Positions 62,909 through 64,000 of a stretch of 64,000 bases of DNA are shown here, one piece after another. How positions within the stretch are numbered: the stretch's first letter is position 1; every line of letters begins with the position of its first letter. The notes under the pieces were generated by a model, which had not been told where the DNA came from, did not search any database, and saw only the letters and a list, made by a program, of their open reading frames with translations. Both the position numbers and the translations under genes were made by a program. Location of the stretch: contig BCIN01000001.1 in assembly GCA_039545335.1 (NCBI GenBank), positions 2,353,129 to 2,417,128 on the forward strand. The letters run 5' to 3'. Source of the DNA: Kondoa subrosea. Lineage: Eukaryota.

Positions 62909-64000
62909 ATGTCCGCGTCAGACTATGAAATCATCTCATACAAATACCGCACAAAAGAGCTTGATCTTTACCTTCCTCCGAACCCTATTTCCACATCCCT
63001 TCCATTGATCTGCTTCTTCCACGGCGGTAGGTCATTTACGCGCTATCATTGCAAAAGCTATGCCTGAAGATCGCGTAAAGGAGGACTTGTCACTGGCTCG
63101 CATAAGCCAAGCGTGCGTCTTCCTTGGTGGTTGGTAGGTCTGTACCTCAACTCAGGGTTGTAGTCACTCTTCCTCATTACTAGGCATTTCAGAGGATTGC
63201 CATAAACGAGGTTTTGCATTCGCGTCCATTGGTTATTCCTTCCTACCAGAATTCACGGGGTTCGATATACTAGAGGATGTCAAAGCTCTTATGCCTGCCT
63301 TGGTCTCTGATGATCTGCGTTCCCATCTGCCCGATGGAATCTGCATTGACCCAAAACGTATTGCTCTGGTGTCAGTATAACCTCCTGTCCGTGCGCACTA
63401 TGCTTAGTGATCGCGCAGTGGCTCTTCAGCTGGAGCGTACCTGTGCAGACTAGCTGCATTGCATGCGGATCCGAAACCTGCCGCGCTTGGGTTGGTCAGT
63501 CATTTCAACCCTCCGTCCCGTTGTGCGAAATAAGCTAACTAATACGGTATAGCTCTGGGGAATGGGAGGCTCCTTTTTTACAGACTTCTGGTTTGATCCT
63601 CATATTCCACGGTAAATCAAAGATTGTTAATGCTTGAAGGCATACAATTACAACTTCATGGTTCTCAGATTCTTTGATGGCTCGATGTACATCAGACCGC
63701 CGAGCGAATTTGGGCCTGATCCACTGATCGAATGGTTCGAGAGCGGAACTTATTTGGACCACTTGATTGGTCAAAAGGGGTTCTCAGAGAAGTTCCGATC
63801 AATGACAAGGGAAGAAAGGATCAAGAGCTTGCCTGAACAATACAGAGTTCTGTTTCCGGAATTCAGAGCAAAAGAGTTCCCACCAACATTCTTAGTGCAG
63901 TAAGTATTGTCGCAAATGACGAATGAGCGCTATCTGACCTTGTCTCAGTGGGAAAGAGGACAGCGTTGTGCTAGTGCAGGAAAGCGAGGATACTTTTGAA
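62909..64000 (+). CDS. Alpha/beta hydrolase (HSL-like esterase), partial; runs off the window end
   Basis: 'LDLYLP', 'ICFFHGG', 'IDPKRIAL', nucleophile motif 'GSSAGAYL'. Confidence 0.8.

Overview
This is a gene-dense, intron-rich fungal chromosome segment. Short (~50-nt) GT/GC-AG introns and many micro-exons suggest a basidiomycete yeast, possibly Pucciniomycotina (inference). It holds about 30 protein-coding genes, mostly housekeeping: RhoGEF, SCS2/VAP, P450, RAD30/pol eta, SDH3, DAK1, a CAMK-like kinase, IGO1, SWD2, NDUFS5, CBP6, an acyltransferase, RAC1, CDK11, U1A/U2B'', a TPT transporter, RecQ, an ABCC transporter, GT8, G-beta, a lipase and an esterase. The main structural feature is a pair of ~2.65-kb inverted repeats (~6322-8974 and ~19315-21917) around a ~10.3-kb segment. 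Each arm reads SCS2 3' end - long promoter - secreted DPBB/expansin-like gene - RAD30 5' end. Intact SCS2 runs into the left arm and intact RAD30 runs out of the right arm, so the interior has been inverted and could still be invertible. A secreted protein at 38381-40040 has a histidine-brace LPMO-like signature with no obvious family. All exon structures were inferred by eye, so boundaries are approximate.
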